Positions 26,375 through 35,609 of a DNA stretch of 64,000 nucleotides are shown here, one piece after another. The stretch covers positions 14,556-78,555 of the forward strand of contig JANMRB010000157.1 in NCBI GenBank assembly GCA_031370825.1, in the 5' to 3' direction. The position numbers were made by a program, and so were the translations under genes. Below the pieces are notes generated by a model, which was not told where the DNA came from, searched no databases, and worked only from the letters and a program-made list of their open reading frames with translations. The stretch comes from Ilumatobacteraceae bacterium. GTDB taxonomy: Bacteria; Actinomycetota; Acidimicrobiia; Acidimicrobiales; Ilumatobacteraceae. The stretch's first letter is position 1; each line of letters opens with the position of its first letter.

Positions 26375-29300
26375 ATGGATCTGATCATTTCGACACCGCA
26401 AGGCGAGGCCGAGATCTCGATCAATGCCGTCCACGAGTCGGTGACCATCGGTGACCTGCTGGGCCGCGTGCTCAGTTCAACACCTCCGACGCTGGTCTAC
26501 ATCGACGCTCGACCGACGCCGACCGGAACCTTGATCAGTGCGGCGGGGCTCGTCACTGGGTCCCTCATCGAGCTCGTCGCCCCGCTGGAGCGGGCCGGAG
26601 ACGGGGAGATCACCCTGGTGCAGGCGGCCGGCGAAGGTGCGGGCAATCGTCGCCCGCTGCAACCCGGCCGTTATTCGCTCGGGACCGCTCGCCGAGCCAA
26701 CGTCAGCCCGCTGACGTTCAACCAGGTTCTGGTACCCCGCTGCGAGATCGTCGTCGAGAACTCCAACCAGGTCACCGTTGCTGCCGACCAGGGTGATCTC
26801 GACGGGTATCCGGCGACCAACCCTTCCCGGTGGGACGAACAGCGTCTGCGCATCGGCCATCGGGTCTTCAGACTCGACGGCCCGGACAACGATCGAGCCG
26901 CGTCGCTGACGCCGACCGCGCTCGGTCAGCTCAACTTGGTTCGCGCATCTCGCGACGAGCAGCCGTCGGAACCCGAGCCAGATGGTCGCAGCCGCCGCCG
27001 TAGCCGGCGCGGCGCCCGGGCCGAAGTGACCCCGCCACCTCCGGTCGTCCCCGCGGACCCCGCACGAGTCGCCTACGAGACCGAGCTCGACAGCATCCGC
27101 CGGACACATCTCGACCTGGGCGAGGTCGTGCGGCGGGCAACGAAGCTCTCCGAACGCCTCTGGGAACGCCGGCCCGCTGACGACGACGCGTTCGTGTTCA
27201 GTGTCGGGCTCGCCGACCAGAGATGGATGCCTGAGGACGGCGTGGGGGGCGATCGCCGCGACCTGGCGATCCTGCCGTCGGCACCCGTGCTGGTGGATCT
27301 CGTCAACCAGCGCGGCGTCGGCTTTGCCAGCACTCCTCCGCAGGCCCGCGCCGCCGCACGAGCGCTCGTGATGCAGGCCTGTGTCGCACACAGCCCTGCG
27401 GACCTCGACGTCGTCGTGCTGGCAACGCCTGCCGGCGCGGCGCGTTGGGAATGGATCAAGTGGCTGCCCCATGCGCGGGGATCGCATGGCGTGCAACTGC
27501 TGTGCGACGAGGAGGCGATCACCGACTGGGTCAACTCCCAGCGGACTCTCACCACAGTTGTCGCCAGCATCCAATCACTCGGCCGGCCGATCACACCGAG
27601 CCGATTGACACTTGCGGTGGTCGATGACCCGGCACTGTGGCGCGGGCGGGCCGCGATGTTGAGAGGTTTGTTCGCCGAGGCACAACTTCCCGTTCGCTTC
27701 GTGGCCATCACCGACCGGGCCGACGATGTGCCCGCCGTCTGCACGACTGTCGTCCGAATCGAGGCAAACGGTGCCGCAGAGGTCGATTACCCGATCAGCG
27801 GGCCGACGATCGTCGACGTCGTGCCATTCGTTCTCGAACACGACGTCGCGGTCGCCGCGGCGCGACGGCTCAGCCCCCTCGAAGATCACACCGTGCTGCA
27901 GTCCGCCAAGCCAGTGCTGCCGCCGATGGTGTCGTTGGCGTCGCTGATCGATCCAGACGGATTCGACGCCAGCCGCATCGCAGATCGATGGGATGCCAGC
28001 CGCAAGAGTCGGCGATTGCGAGTGGCGGTGGGTTGTGGTGAATCCGGGCCAGTCGAGCTCGACCTCGCCGACGATGGTCCCCATGTGCTGATCGTTGGTG
28101 CGGCGCGGTCCGGCAAGACCGACCTCATGCGAACGATCGTCTCGTCGCTGATCGCCGCCAACGACCCATCGGCTGTCAACATCATCTGCGTCGAGCCGGA
28201 CGACGGCGCCTCGTTCGGCGCCTTCGCCGATGTCGACCATCTCGTCGGTTTCGTCGACCACTTCGACGAGCACGCCGGCGTTCGACTGCTGCGTGCTCTG
28301 CAATCCGAGGTCAATCGACGGGCCCGTGCTCTCGCCGACCATCACGGTTCCAATATTGCCGACAACGACTCACCGCCGATCCCCCGTCTGGTCATCATGC
28401 TCGACGACGCCGACGATGTCGTCACACGTCATGCCGCGTTCCTGCCACAACTCATCGAGATCGCCGATCGCTCGCGTCATCTCGGGCTCCATCTGGTCGT
28501 CGCCGCCGGTCAGCTCTCACGATCGATCGAACACACGTTGAAGTCGTTTGCCAACATCCGCATCGGCCTTCGCATGAACGACCCGACCGAGGCAATCGCG
28601 CTGATGGGCAATCGCGAGCCGGTCCAGATCTCGTTGCACACGCCGGGTCGTGGCGCGGTTCGCATCGGAGACGTTGCTTCGGTGCCGGTCCAGTTCGCTT
28701 CGGCTGCCGCAACGTCGGGTGATCTCATGGAGATCACACCGTTCATCCTCGCTCGCGACCTCAACGCCGCTGAACGCAAAGTCACTGCGCGACCAGCCGA
28801 TCCCGGTGCCGAATCGTGGCGCGAGGGTGGGGTGCGACAGCTCGTAGATGTGATTGGAAAAGCAGCCGCCAAACGCCAGGGTCGGGTACGGCTACCGATC
28901 CTGTGTCCCGAACTGCCAACGGATCTGCCGTACGAGCTGATCTCATCGCCGCAAGCCAGCACCTCGGACGCCGACGGTGCGGCGTTCGGTCTCAGCGACC
29001 TTCCCGACGATCACACCCAGAACGCCCGACGATGGAACCCAGCGCACGATGGGAACCTGCTGCTCATCGGTGGCACCCCGGCCGAACGCTCGAGTGCATT
29101 GGCGACGTTGTTCGTCGCATCCACCGACCGCATGCCGCCCGATCGCCTGCACGGCTATGTCATCGACTGCGCAACTGGCCCGCTGACCCGGTTGGGAGTG
29201 CTCGAATCGCTTCCTGCCTGTGGTGGCGTTGCCTCGATCGACGACCCCGATCGCATCATGCGGGTGCTGGCGCGCCTTGCCGACGAGCTCGACCATCGCG

Positions 29301-30430
29301 CCGGGCGCGATCACGCCTCGTCCGAAGGTCACATCATGCTGGTGATCAACGACGTCGCGGCACTGCTGCGCACCCTCGAACTTGGCGGCGAGTTCGAACA
29401 AGGTCGCGACCTGCTCGAGCGCATCGTCAGCAACGGTCCGATGCACGGCATCAGCACGTTGATGAGCGCTGCAGTTGAAAACGCCGCACCGGCGCGCATG
29501 GTCGGCCAGTTCCAGCAGCGCATCATCTTGCACCTCGACGATCGCAGCGCCTACCGGGCGATGGGAATCGAGCCGGGTCGGATCCCTGTTCAAGCTCACG
29601 GAAGAGCCGTCACACTTCCGGACCTAGTCGAGATCCAGATCGGGATGATCGCTGATCTGGCGGAGGCGGTCGCCGACCGGCGCGACCGGGCGGGGGCTGC
29701 ACACGGTCCACAGCCTGTGGCCCGCACACCCGTCCACGTCTCACTGCCGGAGTTCGCCGGTGCAACCGAGTTCCGAGATGATCGCTGGCGGCTACCGATC
29801 GGTCTCGACGCGCGTACCTTGCAGCCGGCGGCATTGCACCTACAACTGCCGGGCGGGGCCTTGGTCCTCGGCGATGCCGGTACCGGCAAGTCCACCGTGC
29901 TGGCCAACATCGCCCGATGCGCGCTCGGTGCCGAAGCGGCAGTCGACATCCACGCCATCGCGTCGACGTGGAGCCCACTCCTGTTGTTGCCGCGGCTGGC
30001 CAGCTCCACGACCTTGGCAGGCATCGACAAATGGGCTGCCGAGTTTTTCAATCAAAGTGGCAGCGCCCGCCTGGTGCTCATCGACGACGCCGACCGACTC
30101 GAGGGCGAGGTCTTCGAACGGCTCGTCGCGTTGGACGACCCACGACTCGTCGTGATTGCCGCGGGGCGCACACGCGATCTCGAGGTTCCAGGGCACTGGA
30201 CCGTCCCGTTGCGCCGGTCTCGATCAGCTGTGATCTTGCACGCACTTGCAGGCGACGGCGCCATGTTCGGCCTGCACCTGCGCGTGACATCGTCTCACCC
30301 GGCCGTGGGGCGCGGCTTGATCATCGACGATGACAAGACGACCCCTGTGTTGCTCGGTGGACCCGCCGAGGACGTCGCCACCGCAGAGCCGGCCCGCGCC
30401 AGCTCGACGGTTTGGAACGGTGGATCATGA
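26375..30430 (+). CDS. FtsK/SpoIIIE-family multi-ATPase (EssC/EccC-like) with a ubiquitin-like plus FHA-like N-terminus and no TM segment
   Basis: 1351-aa ORF with four FtsK-like P-loop modules. D0 is degenerate (GVGFASTPPQARAAARAL...WLPHAR). D1 is canonical (LIVGAARSGKTDLMRT; LVIMLDDADD). D2 is degenerate (LLIGGTPAERSSALATL; IMLVINDVAAL). D3 is canonical (LVLGDAGTGKSTVLANI; LVLIDDADRL). I see no hydrophobic stretch long enough for a TM helix. Confidence 0.85.
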   Translation: MDLIISTPQGEAEISINAVHESVTIGDLLGRVLSSTPPTLVYIDARPTPTGTLISAAGLVTGSLIELVAPLERAGDGEITLVQAAGEGAGNRRPLQPGRYSLGTARRANVSPLTFNQVLVPRCEIVVENSNQVTVAADQGDLDGYPATNPSRWDEQRLRIGHRVFRLDGPDNDRAASLTPTALGQLNLVRASRDEQPSEPEPDGRSRRRSRRGARAEVTPPPPVVPADPARVAYETELDSIRRTHLDLGEVVRRATKLSERLWERRPADDDAFVFSVGLADQRWMPEDGVGGDRRDLAILPSAPVLVDLVNQRGVGFASTPPQARAAARALVMQACVAHSPADLDVVVLATPAGAARWEWIKWLPHARGSHGVQLLCDEEAITDWVNSQRTLTTVVASIQSLGRPITPSRLTLAVVDDPALWRGRAAMLRGLFAEAQLPVRFVAITDRADDVPAVCTTVVRIEANGAAEVDYPISGPTIVDVVPFVLEHDVAVAAARRLSPLEDHTVLQSAKPVLPPMVSLASLIDPDGFDASRIADRWDASRKSRRLRVAVGCGESGPVELDLADDGPHVLIVGAARSGKTDLMRTIVSSLIAANDPSAVNIICVEPDDGASFGAFADVDHLVGFVDHFDEHAGVRLLRALQSEVNRRARALADHHGSNIADNDSPPIPRLVIMLDDADDVVTRHAAFLPQLIEIADRSRHLGLHLVVAAGQLSRSIEHTLKSFANIRIGLRMNDPTEAIALMGNREPVQISLHTPGRGAVRIGDVASVPVQFASAAATSGDLMEITPFILARDLNAAERKVTARPADPGAESWREGGVRQLVDVIGKAAAKRQGRVRLPILCPELPTDLPYELISSPQASTSDADGAAFGLSDLPDDHTQNARRWNPAHDGNLLLIGGTPAERSSALATLFVASTDRMPPDRLHGYVIDCATGPLTRLGVLESLPACGGVASIDDPDRIMRVLARLADELDHRAGRDHASSEGHIMLVINDVAALLRTLELGGEFEQGRDLLERIVSNGPMHGISTLMSAAVENAAPARMVGQFQQRIILHLDDRSAYRAMGIEPGRIPVQAHGRAVTLPDLVEIQIGMIADLAEAVADRRDRAGAAHGPQPVARTPVHVSLPEFAGATEFRDDRWRLPIGLDARTLQPAALHLQLPGGALVLGDAGTGKSTVLANIARCALGAEAAVDIHAIASTWSPLLLLPRLASSTTLAGIDKWAAEFFNQSGSARLVLIDDADRLEGEVFERLVALDDPRLVVIAAGRTRDLEVPGHWTVPLRRSRSAVILHALAGDGAMFGLHLRVTSSHPAVGRGLIIDDDKTTPVLLGGPAEDVATAEPARASSTVWNGGS

Positions 30431-31377
30431 TGCGCCGGGGAGACGGGATCGGCATCGAGGTCCTGCCGGATGCGCTCCGCGGAGTGCGGCTGCAACAAGA
30501 TGCCCCCGGCCGAGTCGCCAAAGTTGCCGGCGTCGCCTGCGACACCAACAACGATCTGCTGCTCCTCGACGGATTGACCCGCCTGCGCAGCCTGCTCGAT
30601 GAGGCTGGTCAGCCGACGCGAGTGTGCATGTGGAGACCTGACTCCTACATCCAGTCGCTCGACGTCACGGGCTGGAGCACCACGGAGCTCAACTTGCACC
30701 GTTCCAGGCTGATCGACGTCTCGGCAACGATCGAGATCTCGTCGAGCGCACGAAGGCTTCTCGCCCATCTGCGTACCGACATGATCCGCCACCGGCGGGT
30801 CGAGCGCTTCGTTCGCCAGGCCGGTTTCGACCTCGAATCGATCGAGCCGACTCCGATGGCGATCGCCCGGCTGGTTCCCTCGTACACCATGAGGCTGATC
30901 GGCAATCGCGGCGACGCCGAGCCGTGGGTCGCCGTTGTGCACGACCATGTTGTCCTGGCAGCCGCGCCGGCCACTGATGGCCGAACGGAAGCACATCGCA
31001 GCGAACTGCTGGCCACGAGCTGGTCGGCGTCGATCGAGGACCTTCGCGAGCGGTTGCTGGACCCGGCGCAACTCTCGGCCACCGTCAACGAACCTGCCGG
31101 CATCGGCGTGTCGGTCGGGTTGAGCCTCGTCGGAGACGCTTATCCCGAATTTCCGGACACTCATCCGGCATGGGGTCCCCGTCTTGCCGGAGCTTTGGGT
31201 GCAGCACTCGCCGCAGCGGGACTTGCCGGACGGGTGCACGAGGTGCAACCGCTGGTCGCCCCACACGCCTTCAGTGACGACGGCGGGGTTTGGGTGATCG
31301 AGCGGATCGGCGACGTAGCGCCGAGCGCGCAGTTGTCTGCCCCGCGCAAGAAATGGCTGCGACCAGCCGGTCGTTGA
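30427..31377 (+). CDS. hypothetical protein, possibly a PilM/FtsA-like actin-fold N-domain with a C-terminal hydrophobic segment
   Basis: The ATG overlaps the upstream TGA as ATGA, suggesting translational coupling. IGIEVLPDALRGVRL ... RFVRQAGFDLESIEPTPMAIARL resembles the PilM pattern. An Ala/Gly-rich hydrophobic stretch PRLAGALGAALAAAGLAG lies near the C-terminus. The functional call is weak. Confidence 0.5.
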   Translation: MMRRGDGIGIEVLPDALRGVRLQQDAPGRVAKVAGVACDTNNDLLLLDGLTRLRSLLDEAGQPTRVCMWRPDSYIQSLDVTGWSTTELNLHRSRLIDVSATIEISSSARRLLAHLRTDMIRHRRVERFVRQAGFDLESIEPTPMAIARLVPSYTMRLIGNRGDAEPWVAVVHDHVVLAAAPATDGRTEAHRSELLATSWSASIEDLRERLLDPAQLSATVNEPAGIGVSVGLSLVGDAYPEFPDTHPAWGPRLAGALGAALAAAGLAGRVHEVQPLVAPHAFSDDGGVWVIERIGDVAPSAQLSAPRKKWLRPAGR

Positions 31378-31389
31378 GCTGACCCGCCG

Positions 31390-33174
31390 CTAACTGGCGT
31401 TGCTGACCGTATCGGCGACGATCTCGTGGACGAGGTCGCCGGCCAGTTCGTCGTACTGGCACAACGCGTCGGCAACTGCCAACAGCGCAGTGCGATGCTC
31501 CAGCAGCATGCACGATGACCTGTCGGCCGCAGTGTTGAGCATCTCATCGGCCTGCACCCTCGACCGCTCGTCGGCGAACACCTTCGCCGCCATGTTGCCG
31601 GCCATGTGCATCTGTGCCGCCTCCAGGCTCAACAAGCTGTCGCCTGCCCCGACCAGACCGATCAGCTGAGCAGCGATGTCGGTGGCGGCGGCCAGATCCG
31701 AGGCGATGCCGGTCGAGGCCTCACCGAATTCCTGGATCTCTGCAGCCCGGCCACCCAGGGCCACGACGATGAGATCGCGCAGCTCCGACGGCGTGCGCAG
31801 GTGGCGCTCTTCGCCATCGTCATGGGCAACGAGACCGAGCGAGCTCGACCGACGAAGAATCGACGCAACGCGAACTTCGCGGCCGACGAGCACGGCGATC
31901 ACGGCGTGCCCGGCTTCGTGAATCGCGATCCGGCGACGCTCGTCGGGGTGGTAGCCGACGTCTTGAGCCAGACCGACCTCGGTGATCAACTGTGCCTCGA
32001 CGAGGTCTTCGACGGTGAGGGCCTTGCGCCCGTCGCGCAGGGCGATGATCAGCGCCTCGTCGAGCAACCGCTCGATCCGGACCGGGCTGTAGCCGGCGGT
32101 GCGATCGGCGATGCCGACTGCGCTGACAGAAGGATCGTGCGACTTCTTGTTGAGGTAGTAGTCGGCGATGGCGATGCGATCAGTGCGCGGCGGCAGATCG
32201 AAATGGATCGTGCGGTCGAACCGGCCCGGACGCATGAGTGCCGGGTCGAGACCGTCTGCCCGGTTGGTGGCCGCAAAGACCAACACGTTGGCGGCCTTCA
32301 ACTTCGGTCGGGGGATGGCTTTGGCGGGCGGAAGCAGGAGGTTGACCCGATCGATCATCTTGTTCTTGAACTTGCCCCATCCGGTCGGAAGATCGAAGCT
32401 CTGCATCTGCACGAGCAGTTCGTTGACGATGCCCGCTGCACCCTCGCGCATGCCGCTGCCCATGCCCGACCGAGCCATGCCGATCGCGTCGAACTCTTCG
32501 ATGAACCCGATGGCGCCGCCTTCGGCTCGTGCCGCCTGGCGCAGGGCCTTGAAGAACTGGCGGATCTTGCGGTTCGTCATGCCGAAGAAATGCGACTGGA
32601 ACTCACTGGCCGACACGAACAGGAACGGAACCTCGGCTTCGGCAGCGATCGCCTTGGCGAGATACGTCTTGCCTGTCCCCGGCGCACCTTCGAACAGCAC
32701 GCCACGACGAGGTGAACCACCCATCTCATCGGCGAACGTCTCGTGATTGAGAAAGAGGTTCAATGTGTCGATGGCCTCACGACGGGTGGCGTCGGCGCCG
32801 ACCACATCGGCCAGGCGAATGGTGGAATCAGAAGGCCGCAACACCGTGTGCGGCGACTTCCCCGACGACATCAGCGGAATCATCATCATGCCGGTGATCA
32901 GCAGCAGCATCAGCCCCAGCAACGCCAGCTCCGGGCTGTCCCGGATGATCGGCGGGATCCCGGGGCGCAGCGGGTGGCCACTCAATTCTCGATACCAGAA
33001 CCATGCCAACGGCACGCCGAGCACGATGACCAGGCGCGTCAAGCGGTTCTGCCGCTTGCGCTCACGATTGGCGCTGGCATTGACCTGGCGGCCACGGAGT
33101 ATGGATCCGTGCTGCATTTGGGTGATATCCATGGATTCGACTCCCGTGTGTCGGTCAAGCGGCATGGCGGTCAC
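31390..33174 (-). CDS. FtsH-family AAA+ zinc metalloprotease paralogue with a minimal extracytoplasmic loop
   Basis: Two N-terminal TM helices are separated by only about 20 aa. Walker A GAPGTGKTYLAKAIAAE, Walker B GFIEEFDAIG, SRH region ATNRADGLDPALMRPGRFDR, zinc site IAIHEAGHAV. Confidence 0.85.
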   Translation of the reverse strand: MTAMPLDRHTGVESMDITQMQHGSILRGRQVNASANRERKRQNRLTRLVIVLGVPLAWFWYRELSGHPLRPGIPPIIRDSPELALLGLMLLLITGMMMIPLMSSGKSPHTVLRPSDSTIRLADVVGADATRREAIDTLNLFLNHETFADEMGGSPRRGVLFEGAPGTGKTYLAKAIAAEAEVPFLFVSASEFQSHFFGMTNRKIRQFFKALRQAARAEGGAIGFIEEFDAIGMARSGMGSGMREGAAGIVNELLVQMQSFDLPTGWGKFKNKMIDRVNLLLPPAKAIPRPKLKAANVLVFAATNRADGLDPALMRPGRFDRTIHFDLPPRTDRIAIADYYLNKKSHDPSVSAVGIADRTAGYSPVRIERLLDEALIIALRDGRKALTVEDLVEAQLITEVGLAQDVGYHPDERRRIAIHEAGHAVIAVLVGREVRVASILRRSSSLGLVAHDDGEERHLRTPSELRDLIVVALGGRAAEIQEFGEASTGIASDLAAATDIAAQLIGLVGAGDSLLSLEAAQMHMAGNMAAKVFADERSRVQADEMLNTAADRSSCMLLEHRTALLAVADALCQYDELAGDLVHEIVADTVSNAS

Positions 33175-33299
33175 AGTAAACGTTTAACGCAGAGTGTGCA
33201 ACTGATTCACTGACAGTGGTCAACCGTTGTACGAGGGGCATTACTCATTGACGACTTCTTGAGCTTCGCGCGTGCCCATAAATGGGTGATGAGCTGGGA

Positions 33300-33722
33300 T
33301 CATTCCTCGGCAGCGGGGCGTTGCCGGGCCTGCTTGCGCTCGGCGACCCGCCGCTTGGCGGCCAGCCGCTTACGAATCGCCGAAGCCGATGGACGCGTCG
33401 CCCGCCGCGCTGGAGGTGGCGGCTTGGCTGCTTCGTCGAGACGTTCCAATACAGCGGCCCAGGCCGTTGCCCGATTGCGGAACTGCGAGCGCGAACCGGC
33501 AGATGACGCAGTGATCGTCGGGCCCGCGGCGGCAACCACCCTGTCGCGGACGGTCGCTGCGAGCCCGGCCCGATCGACATCGATCGTGATCGTCACCGCT
33601 GTGTCGGATGTGTTGGCGTGCTGACCGCCGGGACCGCCCGAGCGGGTCGCCAGCCACGACACGGCGTCGGCCGCTATTCGCAGGCCGCGAGGAGTTGTGT
33701 ACGCGCCGTCGACTGGTTCCAC
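33300..33722 (-). CDS. arfB: alternative ribosome-rescue factor ArfB (peptidyl-tRNA hydrolase, GGQ family)
   Basis: SGGPGGQHANTSDTAV GGQ motif plus a basic C-terminal tail (RKRLAAKRRVAERKQARQR). Length is 140 aa. Confidence 0.85.
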   Translation of the reverse strand: MEPVDGAYTTPRGLRIAADAVSWLATRSGGPGGQHANTSDTAVTITIDVDRAGLAATVRDRVVAAAGPTITASSAGSRSQFRNRATAWAAVLERLDEAAKPPPPARRATRPSASAIRKRLAAKRRVAERKQARQRPAAEE

Positions 33723-33788
33723 CGTTCACATTCTGGTCGCGTTTACCGAGGTGTGGCAGAGATGTGCGACCGGGATTAGCGTGGGCCG

Positions 33789-35048
33789 GTGAACCCATGG
33801 GAACAGCTCCTCGAAGGAATCGATCTTCCCTTCCACCCCGACCTTGCCATACCAGCCCTCACCGAGGTTGCGCTGGCGCTCCCTCAGCCCGATCCCGTCG
33901 ATGACGTTGAAGCCGAGGCTCACCGGCAGGTCGTCGGGCGGCTGGCCGGCTCGGTCTCCAGCGGAATGACCATTGCCGTAGGTGCGGGCAGCCGCGGGAT
34001 CGTCAAGCGCGTCGAACTGCTGCGCGGCGCAATCAGCGGGTTGCGCGAGCTAGGTGCGCAACCGTTCGTCGTGCCTGCGATGGGAAGCCACGGTGGTGCC
34101 ACGGCAGAAGGACAACGATCGATGCTGGAGTCGCTGGGGATGACCGAGCAGGCCATCGATTGCGAGATCAGAGCAACGATGGAGACCGTCGAGGTTGCAC
34201 GCACCGCCGACGGCATGCCGCTGTACCTCGACCGCCACGCCGCTGGCGCCGACCGGATCATGCCGGTCAACCGGATCAAGCCGCACACCTGTTTCAAGGG
34301 CCCGGTCGAGAGCGGCCTCACCAAGATGGCGGTGGTCGGCTTCGGCAAGCAGCCCGGCGCAGCGCAGATCCACGCATGCGGCCCGGTGGAGATGCGCAAC
34401 CGGTTGCTCAACGGCATCGACGCCTTGAAGAAGACCGGTCGGCTGCTCGGTGGCGTGGGATCGCTCGAGTCCGCAGACGGTCAGGTCGTCAATGTGCGCG
34501 CGCTCACGGCCGAAGAGGTCGGCAGCGATGCCGAGATCACGCTGACAGACGATGCCCGTGAACTGGTACCGCCGCTGCCGTTTCCCGTGATCGACGTGTT
34601 GATCATCGAGCAGGGCGGCAAGGACATCAGCGGCACAACGATGGATCCGAACGTCACCGGCCGGTTCTGGGTTCACGGTCTCGCCGACTTGGAGGCACCG
34701 CGTGTCAGCACCATCGTCCTGCTCGGCATCACCGACGTCTCCGGCGGAAACGTGCTGGGGATCGGCTTTGCCGACTTCATCCCGTCCTCGGTCGCGGCCG
34801 GCATCAACTGGCAGAAGACCTATGTCAACTGCTTCACCGCGGGCCCGTCCGGAGTCCGGCGGAGCCGGATGCCGATGGTGCTGCCCACCGAGGACGACTG
34901 CATCAAGGCCGCCCTCAGCATGTGCGGAAAGGCCGTCGACGAGCCCAAGAGCGTGGTGCGAATCCGCAGCACTCTGCACCTCACCCGCTGCTGGGTCAGT
35001 GAGCCCCTGCTGTCTCAGCTCCCGGCGGGGGCTGAGATCATCTCCTGA
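33789..35048 (+). CDS. conserved uncharacterised protein (possibly LarA-N/DUF2088-like)
   Basis: 419-aa ORF with coding-type composition. Motifs GAGSRGI and VVPAMGSHGGATAEGQRSMLESLG. I cannot place the family with confidence from sequence alone. Confidence 0.5.
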   Translation: MNPWEQLLEGIDLPFHPDLAIPALTEVALALPQPDPVDDVEAEAHRQVVGRLAGSVSSGMTIAVGAGSRGIVKRVELLRGAISGLRELGAQPFVVPAMGSHGGATAEGQRSMLESLGMTEQAIDCEIRATMETVEVARTADGMPLYLDRHAAGADRIMPVNRIKPHTCFKGPVESGLTKMAVVGFGKQPGAAQIHACGPVEMRNRLLNGIDALKKTGRLLGGVGSLESADGQVVNVRALTAEEVGSDAEITLTDDARELVPPLPFPVIDVLIIEQGGKDISGTTMDPNVTGRFWVHGLADLEAPRVSTIVLLGITDVSGGNVLGIGFADFIPSSVAAGINWQKTYVNCFTAGPSGVRRSRMPMVLPTEDDCIKAALSMCGKAVDEPKSVVRIRSTLHLTRCWVSEPLLSQLPAGAEIIS

Positions 35049-35051
35049 TCT

Positions 35052-35609
35052 TCAGGTGGTGGCTGCCTCGGCCGCGTCCAGTTGGGCTCGGGTCAACAGG
35101 GCCGACATCGTCAGACCTTGCTCGGCCAGCGCTGCGCCGTGATCGGGGCTGCGATCGATCACGCAGACCACATGCTCGACGATCGCGCCGAGCGCCCGGA
35201 GTTGTTGCGTGGAGATCACAACCTGCCCACCTGTGGTGATGACATCTTCGATCACAGTGACCCGCTTGCCGCTGATGTCGGCTCCCTCGGCAAGCTGGGC
35301 TGTGCCATACGACTTGGCCTCCTTGCGCACGAAAGCTGCCGGCAGGCCGGTGCGCAGCGAGAGCGCCGTGGCAATCGGGACGCCGCCCAACTCCAGCCCG
35401 GCCAAGACCTCGGTGCCGTGTGGCAGCAGCGGAACGAGCGCAGATGCGATGTCGGCGAGCAGAACGGGGTCGGCCTCGAACCGGTACTTGTCGAAGTACT
35501 CCGTGGCGACCTGACCTGATCGAAGGGTGAACGTGCCCGTCAGCCGAGCGATCGAGTTGACCCGTTGAGCGAGTGAATCATGAGGCATGAGGGCCAGTCT
35601 GTTCATCAC
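35052..35609 (-). CDS. pyrE: orotate phosphoribosyltransferase
   Basis: FTLRSGQVATEYFDKYRF and PRPP loop VTVIEDVITTGGQV. The start may be a downstream Met, because the annotated start overlaps tesB by 32 nt. Confidence 0.85.
   Translation of the reverse strand: MMNRLALMPHDSLAQRVNSIARLTGTFTLRSGQVATEYFDKYRFEADPVLLADIASALVPLLPHGTEVLAGLELGGVPIATALSLRTGLPAAFVRKEAKSYGTAQLAEGADISGKRVTVIEDVITTGGQVVISTQQLRALGAIVEHVVCVIDRSPDHGAALAEQGLTMSALLTRAQLDAAEAATT

Noticed and set aside
26319-26384. 21-codon upstream ORF (MRPVYVLEPLGHLPSRPHPWI) overlapping the EssC-like start codon by 10 nt.
   Set aside because: It has no Shine-Dalgarno and no conservation evidence is available. An ORF of this size is expected by chance. 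It is worth a look only if ribosome profiling data exist.
26375-31377. Possibility that this is a bona fide ESX/type VII secretion locus.
   Set aside because: No WXG100-size genes and no EccB/EccD/EccE/mycosin or EssA/EssB/EsaA homologues are recognisable. The ATPase also lacks TM helices. I retained it only as an atypical EssC-like module in the findings.
33175-33299. AT-richer intergenic stretch between the FtsH paralogue and arfB, examined for a riboswitch or sRNA.
   Set aside because: I could find no conserved riboswitch core and no stable extended structure by eye. It most likely just holds the promoter of the ftsH paralogue.
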